DNA of 62,573 bases from Cyanosarcina radialis HA8281-LM2 (GTDB lineage Bacteria > Cyanobacteriota > Cyanobacteriia > Cyanobacteriales > CCAP-1448): assembly GCA_019359615.1 (NCBI GenBank), contig JAHHHA010000035.1, forward strand, positions 1-62,573. Direction: 5' to 3'. The notes beneath the pieces are model-generated. The model was not told where the DNA came from. It searched no databases and saw only the letters and a list, made by a program, of their open reading frames with translations. The stretch's first letter is position 1; every line of letters begins with the position of its first letter. The position numbers and the translations under genes were made by a program. Positions 19,715-28,609 of this stretch are shown one piece after another.

Positions 19715-21358
19715 ATGTTTAGGCACAAAAGAAGAATCGCTATCAAAACTAGAAAACTATTTTACCTGCTTTCGCGATCGGAGTCCAAGAGAGAAAAACT
19801 GATTTTAGCGTTAGTTATTACTTGCTGTCTCCCATTGATAGCGCCACCAGCAGATGCCGTTACTCCAGTAAAAGCAGAAGCTGAAAAGTTACTGCTGCAA
19901 GTTACAGTTAATAGCGATCGCGATGGCAATATTGAACCAGATGACGCTCTCACTTTACGCGAAGCCATTGAAATTGTTAATGGCACCTTACCTCTAGACC
20001 GTCTGAGCGCCACCGAAAAACAGTATGTCAAGAAATTGCCGTGTAATGGCTCTATTAAAGATTGCGTTCGCTCTCAAATTAAATTCGATCTACCAGCCGA
20101 TCGAACTACTATTCAACTAACCAATATTTTGCCACCTCTTGCTACTGCCAAATTAGTAGTTGATGGCACCAGTCAACCTGGTTATCGCCGAGATCCTCTT
20201 GTGGGAATTACCCCAGCCAAAAACGCTGATGTGTTTCGCGGATTAACAGTAGTTGCAGATGGCGTGACCATTAGAGGTTTGAGCTTATACGGGTTTACGG
20301 GCAAGCATACCGCCACCGAATCGACTCCAGCAGCAGATATTTTTATTTCTCATCGCCTGCCACCACCAGATACAACCGAACAAAAACCCCCTGCGGATAA
20401 TTTCCCTTTTTATAACAGCAATATTCCTCCCCAAGAAGTAGTAATTGAAAATAATTGGTTAGGAATAAAGCCTGATGGCGGCGTTCCTCAAAATCGTTCT
20501 GCATTTGGAGTTTATGTATTTAATAGTTTGGGAACTACGATCGCAGATAATTTAATTAGCAATCACGATGGTAGCGCCATCATTACTTCAGTCAGAGCCG
20601 AAAATTTAAAAGTTACCAAAAATGTCATTACCAAAAATGGCCTAGCTGGAATGCCAGATGCTATTCGCTTAGAAGGCAAAATTGCTGGCTCTCAAATTAG
20701 CGAAAACATCATTGCCGACAATGACGGCAGCGCAATTTTCTTATTTAAACCCGATGGTGCGGTAGAAATTGCCAACAACCAAATTGAATTTAACGGAGTT
20801 CGTTTGCGTCGGGCGGCTATTTACTTAATGGGAAACAACCATAAAGTAATTAACAATGAAATTAGCGACCAAACTGCGGCTGGTGTAGTGGTAGCAGCTT
20901 ATCCTCAAAGCGATCGCAATTTCATTCAAACCAATCGATTTACCAACATAGCCGGACTCAGTATCGACCTGAATACGCAGCACAATGTCGATGCGATCGA
21001 TTACCAGCAAGGAGACGGCCCTAACCCCAAAAGAAACTCGCCCAACCGCCGTCGAGATACAGGTAATGCTGCCATTAATGCCCCTGAGTTTCTAGCCAGA
21101 GAATTTTTTACGATCGATGGCAAAGTTAATTTAGATGGCGTTGCCGATCCTGGTTCTCAAATCGAGATTTATCGCACTAGCGGCAACAAATCAGATTACA
21201 ACTCTTTGAGCGAATTACTAACAGTAGTTCAAACTGACGAACGGGGCAAATTTAGTGCCACTTTAACCGATCTGCAACTGGGAGATCGAGTTAGTGCGAT
21301 CGCTACCCATCCCCAATACGGCACCTCGGAACCTGCGATAGAGTCAGCGATTCGGTAA
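19715..21358 (+). CDS. Secreted right-handed parallel beta-helix repeat protein
   Basis: 547 aa with a signal peptide. Repeated beta-helix rungs are (…NHDGSAIITSVRAENLKVTKNVITKNGLAGMPDAIRLEGKIAGSQISENIIADNDGSAIFLFK…NNQIEFNG…). Confidence 0.6.
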   Translation: MFRHKRRIAIKTRKLFYLLSRSESKREKLILALVITCCLPLIAPPADAVTPVKAEAEKLLLQVTVNSDRDGNIEPDDALTLREAIEIVNGTLPLDRLSATEKQYVKKLPCNGSIKDCVRSQIKFDLPADRTTIQLTNILPPLATAKLVVDGTSQPGYRRDPLVGITPAKNADVFRGLTVVADGVTIRGLSLYGFTGKHTATESTPAADIFISHRLPPPDTTEQKPPADNFPFYNSNIPPQEVVIENNWLGIKPDGGVPQNRSAFGVYVFNSLGTTIADNLISNHDGSAIITSVRAENLKVTKNVITKNGLAGMPDAIRLEGKIAGSQISENIIADNDGSAIFLFKPDGAVEIANNQIEFNGVRLRRAAIYLMGNNHKVINNEISDQTAAGVVVAAYPQSDRNFIQTNRFTNIAGLSIDLNTQHNVDAIDYQQGDGPNPKRNSPNRRRDTGNAAINAPEFLAREFFTIDGKVNLDGVADPGSQIEIYRTSGNKSDYNSLSELLTVVQTDERGKFSATLTDLQLGDRVSAIATHPQYGTSEPAIESAIR

Positions 21359-21449
21359 ATGTAAGTACCTAGCACGGTCTGCCCTCATCCCCAACCCTTC
21401 TCCCAAGAAGAGGGAGAAGGGGGAAATTCAAAGCCCCTCCCCTTGCAGG

Positions 21450-21665
21450 CTACCGTGTATACATAAGTCCCCCAGAGCTTTGCTAGACGCGGCTTGCCCT
21501 CATCCCCCAACCCCTTCTCCCCAGGGAGAAGGGGAGCCAGAGTCAAGCCAGTTTCCAGTTCAGTCGCCAGCAATTCTCCATGACCAATTCAGGCGGTTAG
21601 AGTCTTTCGTCCCTCTCCCGTGGGAGAGGGATTTAGGGTGAGGGCGAGATGTGTATACACCGTAG
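21450..21665. mobile_element. Second MITE-like element with the same TIRs (ctaccgtgtataca / gtgtatacaccgtag), inserted into a ccccttgcagg hairpin repeat
   Basis: The TIRs are read directly. An 11-bp direct duplication ccccttgcagg flanks both ends. The interior differs from the 14683-14944 copy and carries the hairpins ccccttctccccagggagaagggg and ccctctcccgtgggagaggg. Confidence 0.55.
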
Positions 21666-21734
21666 CCCCTTGCAGGGGAGGGGTTTGGGGAGAGGTCAAA
21701 GTGTATTGCATCCAACTGAGAATTGCTATATGGA

Positions 21735-22157
21735 TCAAGTTTGACGATCGATCCATCCTTTATACAGTTTTTGAATTACCTTGAGAACAGCGTGATGACC
21801 AGGCTTAGAGGAACTAGTAGTTGGATCTAGGAGTTGCAAGCGGTTCAAAAGTTTAGCTTCCTCAGTAGCCACATCGCCATCGCTATAGATTAAGGCGCTC
21901 ATAGAATCGATCAAGCGCTGATAATCTTCCATACTAGGGCGATCGCCTAAATATTCTTGCATCCATTCATAACATTTAGTTGGTTGCACGGGGACGAGTT
22001 CGTACAACAACGGTTGAATTTCTGGATCTTCAGCAACTCCCTTTTCTTTAGCTACCCGTTGGAGATATTCCCTTTCCTCCGGCTGAATTTTGCCGTCAAT
22101 CCAGGCAGCACCAATTAAAATTCTCAGCAGTTGTTTGACACTAGTATTAGCTTCCAT
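21735..22157 (-). CDS. TerB-like (tellurite-resistance TerB fold) conserved hypothetical protein
   Basis: 140 aa. The motif …LRILIGAAWIDGKIQPEEREYLQRVAKE…LIDSMSALIYSDGDVATEEAKLLNRL resembles TerB/DjlA-N domains. Confidence 0.45.
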   Translation of the reverse strand: MEANTSVKQLLRILIGAAWIDGKIQPEEREYLQRVAKEKGVAEDPEIQPLLYELVPVQPTKCYEWMQEYLGDRPSMEDYQRLIDSMSALIYSDGDVATEEAKLLNRLQLLDPTTSSSKPGHHAVLKVIQKLYKGWIDRQT

Positions 22158-22306
22158 ATTTTCTTAAAAATGTTTTGGAGGAGAAACAGTCAAAGCCATC
22201 ATAAGCTGATGTCATCTATTTTGCCAGTTGCAGGGGAGCGGGGCAGAGGGGCAAAGGGGCAGAGGGGCAGAGGAGAGTTTTTAACTCCACACTTAACACT
22301 CCACAC

Positions 22307-23635
22307 TTAACACTTCTTCAGCCTCACCATAAAAAAGCCATCCATCTGATGTTGGTGAGGCCAAACTTTAATCCAGCCATCTGGAGAGGTAAAAGCAGCA
22401 GCGGGGAAATTTGCAGGCGGCGGTTCGATTTGCCACTGGGGAGAATTATCGAGAAGCGATCGCACTACTGCTTCATTTTCTAGCGGATTGACGGTGCAAG
22501 TAGCGTATACCAAAATACCTCCTGGTTTCACCCAGGTAGCTACCCGCTGTAAAAGTTGTTGTTGCAGAGTTGCCAGTTCTTTAACTTTCTCTGGTGTTTG
22601 TCGCCAACGAGCATCAGCGCGACGGTGCAAAGTGCCCAAGCCAGAACAAGGAGCGTCGAGCAAAACGCGATCGACCGTACTGGGAAATTTAGCCTCTCGG
22701 CTATCGCCAGTCAAGATTTTAATGGAGTGCAGGTTTAATCTGTGGGCGTTTTCGTCAAGTTTTTTGAGGCGAGAAGCTTTGGCATCGCACGCCCAGATCT
22801 GCCCTTTGTCGCCCATTAGTTCGGCAATATGAGTGGTTTTTCCACCAGGTGCAGCACAAGCATCAATTATGACTTCGCCAGGTTGCGGATCGAGCAAGTA
22901 AGTTACTAGTTGGGCGCTACTATCTTGAACCGTCCACCAACCAGCGCTGAATCCCGGTAAGTTTTGAATCGCGCCGATATTTCCCGTCAATCTCAAGGCT
23001 TGGGGTAAATCAGGAACATTACTGATAGAAATTCCTGCCGCTTTCATAGCGTTTGCTACTGTTTCTACGTCAGTCTGTAAGGGGTTTACTCGCAGATCGA
23101 TCGCTGGGGATTGATTCATCCAGATACACAGTTGTTCGGTGGCGGCAAAACCTAATTGTTCTAACCAAGTTTGAATTATCCAGTCGGGAAAGCTATGCAA
23201 TACACCCAGACGTTCGATGGGGTTTTCGATCGATTCTAGGGGATCGGGTGATAGGCGAAGGTATTGCCGCAATAAACCATTAACAAACCCCGTTAATCCA
23301 GAAAATCCGTTTGCTTTGGCTAATTCAACGGTGGAATTAACTGCCATGGCATCGGGAATGTTGAGATAGCGCAGTTGATATAAACCCAGATGGAGAATGA
23401 GGCGGAGTTGTGGCGATTGTTGGCTGGCTTTCTTTTTTGCCAGTCGATCGATTAAAGCATCGAGCGATCGCTTTCTTCTGGTGCAACCATAAACTAATTC
23501 CGTCACTAAAGAGCGATCGGCATTGTTCGAGGTACTGGAATTCAACGCTCGATCTAGAGCTATATCAGCAAATGCTCCTTGGTGAATTGAGGAGAGCGCG
23601 ATCGAAGCTAGTTGCAGAGAGTTTTTAATTATCAA
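22307..23635 (-). CDS. rsmB: 16S rRNA (cytosine967-C5)-methyltransferase
   Basis: 442 aa. The N-terminal NusB-like region and the NOL1/NOP2/Sun methyltransferase core (…DACAAPGGKTTHIAELMGDKGQIWACDAKASRLKKL…LLDAPCSGLGT…) are present. Confidence 0.9.
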   Translation of the reverse strand: MIIKNSLQLASIALSSIHQGAFADIALDRALNSSTSNNADRSLVTELVYGCTRRKRSLDALIDRLAKKKASQQSPQLRLILHLGLYQLRYLNIPDAMAVNSTVELAKANGFSGLTGFVNGLLRQYLRLSPDPLESIENPIERLGVLHSFPDWIIQTWLEQLGFAATEQLCIWMNQSPAIDLRVNPLQTDVETVANAMKAAGISISNVPDLPQALRLTGNIGAIQNLPGFSAGWWTVQDSSAQLVTYLLDPQPGEVIIDACAAPGGKTTHIAELMGDKGQIWACDAKASRLKKLDENAHRLNLHSIKILTGDSREAKFPSTVDRVLLDAPCSGLGTLHRRADARWRQTPEKVKELATLQQQLLQRVATWVKPGGILVYATCTVNPLENEAVVRSLLDNSPQWQIEPPPANFPAAAFTSPDGWIKVWPHQHQMDGFFMVRLKKC

Positions 23636-23907
23636 GTTTCAATTTAACGATCGAAGTGCTAGTTATTCTCTAGCTTGCCATAGCATTGAGAGCGCGATCG
23701 AGCCTTCTTCAGCCCGTTAGTCCGCCAGGGGTTGAAAGCCCCCGACAGTGCATCGTTCTTGAGAGGAGCGACGATGATGTCCGTTATTTTTTGTCTTTGG
23801 CACGATCTTAAACCTCGATCGCGTATAGCCTAGAGGTATCTTGTCACTCGTTAAATTCCTGTAAAGACGCGGGATCTCGCGTCTCTACAACTCCTAAACT
23901 TCTGATT

Positions 23908-24324
23908 ATGGAACGCGGTTTAATTTGGTTACCTCTACTGGCACTTTTTATTTGGCTAACTTGGTCCGGTTGGAATGAGTATCAAAAAGTCGAAGCTTAT
24001 CGGCGCTGGGCATCTCAGTTTGAAAAAGCCAAGTACGATATCTATGCGGTTTTGGGCCAAAAAGGTAATGATATTACTTGGGGAAAACCCAGTCGTAAAG
24101 GGCCGGTAGACCTAGAAACTTTTTCCCTCAAAGATGTGAGGTCGATCGCCTTGCTGGTAGATAATAGCCCTGTCGATCTCGAAGTACCACCCGATCGAGG
24201 CCGCACGATTTACCTAGAATTTCTCTTCTTTGATGCAGCTAAATCGGTGAAAATTCCCTTTACAGAAATCGCGCTCGCCGTCGATTGGACTAAGTTTTTA
24301 CAGCAAGAATTGCCAAGAGTTTGA
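23908..24324 (+). CDS. Hypothetical membrane-anchored protein. Its 3' end is the source of two downstream duplicated fragments
   Basis: 138 aa with an N-terminal TM segment (LIWLPLLALFIWLTWSGW). The C-terminal …PVDLEVPPDRGRTIYLEFLFFDAAKSVKIPFTEIALA… recurs at ~25140-25215 and 25895-26045. Confidence 0.5.
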   Translation: MERGLIWLPLLALFIWLTWSGWNEYQKVEAYRRWASQFEKAKYDIYAVLGQKGNDITWGKPSRKGPVDLETFSLKDVRSIALLVDNSPVDLEVPPDRGRTIYLEFLFFDAAKSVKIPFTEIALAVDWTKFLQQELPRV

Positions 24325-24511
24325 TGAGCGATCGCTATAACTTAAAAGGGAGCGAGTTAACGTTCTCGATCGCCAGGTGCTAGTAACTTCTCGGACGCAA
24401 CGAATAATCTCTATACGATCGGTATGCAACGGGATTGTTAGACCGTAGCTCGCAGATCTCTCACAGATCGCCTATGATAAATGCGTTCTCGTATGTCTGG
24501 GAGTTTCAACC

Positions 24512-24730
24512 ATGTCTCTCGCTGAGTTAATTCCTTTGGTCAACAATCTGAGCCAGTCAGACAAATTATCACTCTTCAAACTCCTAGCCACGCAAATTCC
24601 AGACGCTGAACTAGAAGCCATCTTTTCTGCATCAGAGTATCCGGTTTGGTCGCCTTACGACGCAACGGAAGCTGCCAACATTCTGATGCAGATGATTCGG
24701 GATGACCGAGAGACATCTACTCATGTCTAG
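24512..24730 (+). CDS. Small protein (72 aa), upstream partner translationally coupled to a retropepsin-like protease
   Basis: Its stop overlaps the start of the next gene (ATGTCTAG). Confidence 0.45.
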   Translation: MSLAELIPLVNNLSQSDKLSLFKLLATQIPDAELEAIFSASEYPVWSPYDATEAANILMQMIRDDRETSTHV

Positions 24731-25115
24731 TACGATCGAATTTCCCTTTGCTGACGATGAAGCATTACCCACGATTCCCATCGCTTTGAGTTATGCAGAC
24801 TTTTCAGTTTCGGCGAATGCACTGCTAGATACTGGATCTACAGTCAATTTATTACCTTATGACATCGGGCTACAATTGGGCGCAATTTGGGAGGAGCAAA
24901 CTGTTCGCTTGCCATTGGCTGGAAATCTTGCCAAGGTTGAAGCACGGGGTTTATTTGTGCGCGTTCAAATTGGGAATTTGGAACCAGTTCGCTTAGCATT
25001 TGCCTGGGCAAATGCTTCTCAGGTGCCCTTAATCCTTGGGCAAACAAACTTCTTTCGAGAATTTGATGTCTGTTTTCAGAGCTCGCGACGTACGATCGAA
25101 ATTATCCGCTTCTAA
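24723..25115 (+). CDS. Retropepsin-like (clan AA) single-domain aspartic protease
   Basis: The catalytic D-T-G-S motif lies in …SANALLDTGSTVNLLPYDIGLQLGA…, and the size (~130 aa) is typical of bacterial retropepsin-like proteins. The likely start is MSSTIEF at 24723; the ORF opens at 24702. Confidence 0.55.
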   Translation: MSSTIEFPFADDEALPTIPIALSYADFSVSANALLDTGSTVNLLPYDIGLQLGAIWEEQTVRLPLAGNLAKVEARGLFVRVQIGNLEPVRLAFAWANASQVPLILGQTNFFREFDVCFQSSRRTIEIIRF

Positions 25116-25139
25116 TAACCGTCGATTTAATTTGAGCGA

Positions 25140-25215
25140 TCGCTTTACTAGTAGACGATCGCTCTATCGATCTGGAAGCGCCACCCGATCGAGGTCGCAC
25201 TATCTGTATTGTTAG
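25140..25215. repeat. Truncated duplicate (~76 bp) of the 3' end of gene 23908-24324
   Basis: The sequence …gacgatcgctctatcgatctggaagcgccacccgatcgaggtcgcactatctg… matches 24165-24225. Confidence 0.7.
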
Positions 25216-25589
25216 ACCGTGTTGATTTTGCGGAGTTCGACACGACCACCTGCAAAAATCTGCATCGTTAGCCGATACCCTTCCATCAATGACATTCCAA
25301 CAAGCAGTTCTGAATCAGCCTCGTCAACTGGAATGGTTAACAAGGCCTCATCCCAAATAACAACCGCTTCGTAAACGTTGAAAACACACTCGCTGCCGTC
25401 TCCGAGAATTGCCCGTCCTCGCCTTTTCCATGTCAGGTTTAGCTCATCAATCAGATCGGGAGGTAACGAAAGCCAACCATTGAATCCCGTATCGACGATC
25501 GCATCTTGCGTCGAGACTTTGCCATCAGCATGGCGAATTGAGAGCGGAATAATCGGTTCAAACTCGACATTAACAAACCCAGTAATCAT
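25212..25589 (-). CDS. Retropepsin-like (clan AA) aspartic protease, second paralog
   Basis: The D-T-G motif lies in …QDAIVDTGFNGWLSLPPDLIDELNL… The start MITGF at 25589 overlaps the upstream gene's stop as TATGA. The ORF as called extends further upstream but has no RBS or homology support. Confidence 0.55.
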   Translation of the reverse strand: MITGFVNVEFEPIIPLSIRHADGKVSTQDAIVDTGFNGWLSLPPDLIDELNLTWKRRGRAILGDGSECVFNVYEAVVIWDEALLTIPVDEADSELLVGMSLMEGYRLTMQIFAGGRVELRKINTV

Positions 25590-25858
25590 AAATTTTTGGG
25601 GGTGCGTCCGCCAAAACGACGAACGTGGCGAGAACCGATGCGAACGATCCAGATTTGAGCATCGGGGTGGCGGGCTTCGAGGCGATCGCAAGCTGCAATT
25701 TCGCTCTTATCGACTTCAAAATCTCCGGTTTCGATGTCGATCGCCACAATTTTACCTCGATCGCCCTCTTCAACTTGAGGACGCACCTGAGTTTCATAAA
25801 TCTCGTCGCCGCGTCGAGCAAATTCTTCTTTGCTGTAACGGGGTTGTCGAACTGTCAT
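25586..25858 (-). CDS. Small protein (90 aa), translationally coupled upstream partner of the second retropepsin-like protease
   Basis: Its stop overlaps the protease ATG. It is charged and hydrophilic (…GKIVAIDIETGDFEVDKSEIAACDRLEARHPDAQIWIVRIG…). Confidence 0.45.
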   Translation of the reverse strand: MTVRQPRYSKEEFARRGDEIYETQVRPQVEEGDRGKIVAIDIETGDFEVDKSEIAACDRLEARHPDAQIWIVRIGSRHVRRFGGRTPKNL

Positions 25859-25894
25859 CAGCCTGACCTCGTTTCAACGATTGTCCCTTCATTT

Positions 25895-26045
25895 TAATTT
25901 GAGCGATCGCTTTGCTAGTAGACGATCGCCCTGTCGCTCTCGAAGCATCACCCGATCGAGGTCGCACGATCTGCCTAGAATTTCTCTTTTTCGATGCAGC
26001 TAAATCGGTAAAAATTCCCTTTCCAGAAATTGCGATCGCACTATT
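25895..26045. repeat. Second duplicate (~150 bp) of the 3' end of gene 23908-24324
   Basis: It encodes …VDDRPVALEASPDRGRTICLEFLFFDAAKSVKIPFPEIAIA…, which matches …VDNSPVDLEVPPDRGRTIYLEFLFFDAAKSVKIPFTEIALA…. Confidence 0.75.
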
Positions 26046-26292
26046 TCAAGATCTTCTGGTCGGCTGCACTAGGGTCATTGCTGTCGGCAGGCTTTTGGGA
26101 GTTGTTAGACTTGCTTCCAAACCACCAAGTTGCGACCCCAACAAGTAGGATCAGTACGAGACACGTCGCCCACCACGGTGGGTCGCCCGGTTCCATTCCT
26201 CCGCATCGAGGACAGATCGGAGCATTGTCGGCGACGGGAGAGTAGCCGCAATGCCTGCATTTCCCAATTCCCATCAGAAATTGACCTCCCAT
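26041..26292 (-). CDS. Small zinc-ribbon plus single-TM protein (83 aa)
   Basis: It has CxxC…CPRC pairs (…GKCRHCGYSPVADNAPICPRCGG…) followed by a hydrophobic helix. Confidence 0.35.
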   Translation of the reverse strand: MGGQFLMGIGKCRHCGYSPVADNAPICPRCGGMEPGDPPWWATCLVLILLVGVATWWFGSKSNNSQKPADSNDPSAADQKILK

Positions 26293-26416
26293 TGCTGCCC
26301 AGAACCGAGTTAAGCCGCTGCGTTTCCAGTTTTTAGCAGATAGTGCAAGTATACTATTCGCAGTCGATTTAATATCCTAAATTAGATGATTAGCCCGATC
26401 GCCAATTACCTATTTC

Positions 26417-26929
26417 TCATTCCAAAGGTAGTGACGTTGAAGCTTTAATTTCATTTAAAACAATACTGGTGCGAATTCTGTCTACACCTGGAAGGCGGGT
26501 AATCTTTTCAGAGAGTAACTTTTCTAAGTGCTGGTGGCTGGGAACGACTACTTTTAATAAGTAGTCAAACTCCCCGCTGAGATGGTGGCATTCTAAGACT
26601 TCTGGCAACTCCTTGACTTGGCAGCAGAATTGCCCGACGCACTCCGGTTGATGGTGCGCCAGCGTTACCTGGGCAAAACATAGCAGATCTAAACCCAAAG
26701 CTTCTCGCTTTACCAGAGTGACGTAGCGATCGATCGCCCCGCTGGCTTCTAACTTCTTCAGTCTTTTTTGCAATCCCGGTGGCGAAAGATTGACATGACG
26801 CGCTAATTCCGTGCTGGTGATGCGACCGTTCTCTTGCAGCAGGGATAAAAGGTGTCGATCGATCTCATCTAGATAGTGAAGCTGCTTCGAGTTCTCGGCA
26901 ACTGGCTTCACCTTGAGGGTTTTTGGCAT
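26417..26929 (-). CDS. Lrp/AsnC-family transcriptional regulator
   Basis: The HTH is (…ITSTELARHVNLSPPGLQKRLKKLEASGAI…) and an RAM/AsnC_trans C-terminal domain is present. The gene is divergent from the HPPD gene. Confidence 0.85.
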   Translation of the reverse strand: MPKTLKVKPVAENSKQLHYLDEIDRHLLSLLQENGRITSTELARHVNLSPPGLQKRLKKLEASGAIDRYVTLVKREALGLDLLCFAQVTLAHHQPECVGQFCCQVKELPEVLECHHLSGEFDYLLKVVVPSHQHLEKLLSEKITRLPGVDRIRTSIVLNEIKASTSLPLE

Positions 26930-27376
26930 TGGCGGTCCGATCTCTGGAGAATTATAGAGATATCTTAGGTTAATTATGTATACCAGATCGAGGATTTTTA
27001 TTAACTATTGTAACTTGTCGGTCTATAAAAATTATTTTTATAATCTAAACAGGTACTTTTAGTTAAAAAACAAAACTATTAAGTTTTGTGTACTAGAAGA
27101 CAGACCTGGCTCCCCAGCCAGCCATAAAACAGTGTGGAGTTCGAGCGACCTCTCCCCCCTGCCCCCCTCTCCTGCAAGGGGAGGGGGGAGGAGCGAAATC
27201 TCTAGGTCTTTAAGCCCCTCCCCTCGTAGGGTAGGGGTTTGGGGAGAGGTCTATTTTGAGCCGATCGAACTCACTATAAAACCGTGTGGAGTTTGACTTC
27301 ATCTTCCCAACTTCATTAGACGCAAGATCTCGCATTTCTACCTCGGCCCCAAGGGTGGCGAACAGGAAACATTACC

Positions 27377-28594
27377 ATGAACAATTCAAAACAATTGGTT
27401 TCAAGCCTCCCCTTGTCAGGCGAAGCCAATCCAACATCCGAAATTAGATCCCCCCTACCCCCCTTAAAAAGGGGGGCAAGCCAAAATTCCAAATCGATCG
27501 ACTTTTGCCCGATTAACAAATTCGATCACTTAGAGTTCTACGTTGGCAACGCCAAACAGTCAGCGATCTTTTATTCTCAGTGTTTTGGATTCGCGATCGC
27601 GGCTTACCAAGGCTTAGAAACGGGCAGTCGGGAAATTGCCTCCTATGTAATGGAACAAGGCGATATTCGCTTCGTTTTAAGTACCGCCCTCAGTCCAGAT
27701 AGCCCGATCGCTCGCAGCGTCCTTCAACATGGCGATCGCGCGGCCGTTATTGCTTTTGAAGTTCCAGATGCTGTCGTCGCCTACAAAGAGACAACAGCGA
27801 GAGGTGCAGTAGGTGCGATCGCTCCGACAGAAACCGAAGATGGATATGGAATATTCCGCTATTCTGCCATTCAAGGGTATGGCGACACCCTAATTAAATT
27901 CGTCGATCGCAGCGATTACCAAGGTGCATTTGCCCCCGGTTTCCAACGCCGCAATGTAGAGACGTTGCATGCAACGTCTCAGGGGTTGGGATTAAAGGCG
28001 ATCGATCACGTAGTCGGCAACGTGGATTGGGGAGATATGGATCGATGGGTGAAGTTTTTCGCCGAAACCATGGGATTCGAGCTATTAGTGCATTTTGACG
28101 ATCGCGCCATTTCCACCGAGTATTCGGCTTTGATGTCGAAGGTAATGAAAAACAGCACGGGGTCGATCAAACTGCCGATCAACGAACCAGCTACAGGCAA
28201 GAGGCGATCGCAGATCGAAGAGTATCTCGAATACAATCGCGGTCCTGGAGTGCAACACGTCGCCCTGTCTACCGACAACATTATCGAAACGGTAACTAAA
28301 TTAAGAGCGGCAGGAATGGAGTTTCTGCACGCACCAAAAACCTATTATGAAGACTTAGCCGCGCGGGTGGGGCATATTGACGAACCGATCGAGAAATTAG
28401 CAGAACTGGGAATTTTAGTCGATCGAGATTCTGAAGGCTACTTGCTGCAAATCTTTACTCAACCCGTGCAAGATCGTCCCACCTTGTTCTTTGAAGTCAT
28501 CGAACGCCACGGAGCGCAGGGTTTTGGCGAGGGTAATTTTAAAGCCTTGTTTGAAGCGATCGAGCGAGAGCAAGCGTTGCGAGGCAATCTTTGA
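27377..28594 (+). CDS. hppD: 4-hydroxyphenylpyruvate dioxygenase
   Basis: 405 aa with two VOC/glyoxalase-like modules (FDHLEFYVGNAKQSAIFYSQCFGF…; …GVQHVALSTDNIIETV…; …FFEVIERHGAQGFGEGNFKALFEAIEREQ). The N-terminal ~45 aa overlap a dispersed repeat, so the true start is uncertain. An in-frame REP-like palindrome lies at 27956-27980. Confidence 0.85.
   Translation: MNNSKQLVSSLPLSGEANPTSEIRSPLPPLKRGASQNSKSIDFCPINKFDHLEFYVGNAKQSAIFYSQCFGFAIAAYQGLETGSREIASYVMEQGDIRFVLSTALSPDSPIARSVLQHGDRAAVIAFEVPDAVVAYKETTARGAVGAIAPTETEDGYGIFRYSAIQGYGDTLIKFVDRSDYQGAFAPGFQRRNVETLHATSQGLGLKAIDHVVGNVDWGDMDRWVKFFAETMGFELLVHFDDRAISTEYSALMSKVMKNSTGSIKLPINEPATGKRRSQIEEYLEYNRGPGVQHVALSTDNIIETVTKLRAAGMEFLHAPKTYYEDLAARVGHIDEPIEKLAELGILVDRDSEGYLLQIFTQPVQDRPTLFFEVIERHGAQGFGEGNFKALFEAIEREQALRGNL
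27956..27980. repeat. REP-like palindrome (gtagagacgttgcatgcaacgtctc) inserted in-frame inside the HPPD coding sequence
   Basis: The sequence is directly visible. It is translated as …RRNVETLHATSQG… between the two VOC modules. Confidence 0.8.
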
Positions 28595-28609
28595 GAAGGA
28601 GAAGCTATG

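Noticed and set aside
25378-25897. Plus-strand ORFs (162 and 90 aa) across the minus-strand retropepsin cassette
   Set aside because: They are antisense to two translationally coupled genes with recognisable motifs. They are most likely shadow ORFs.
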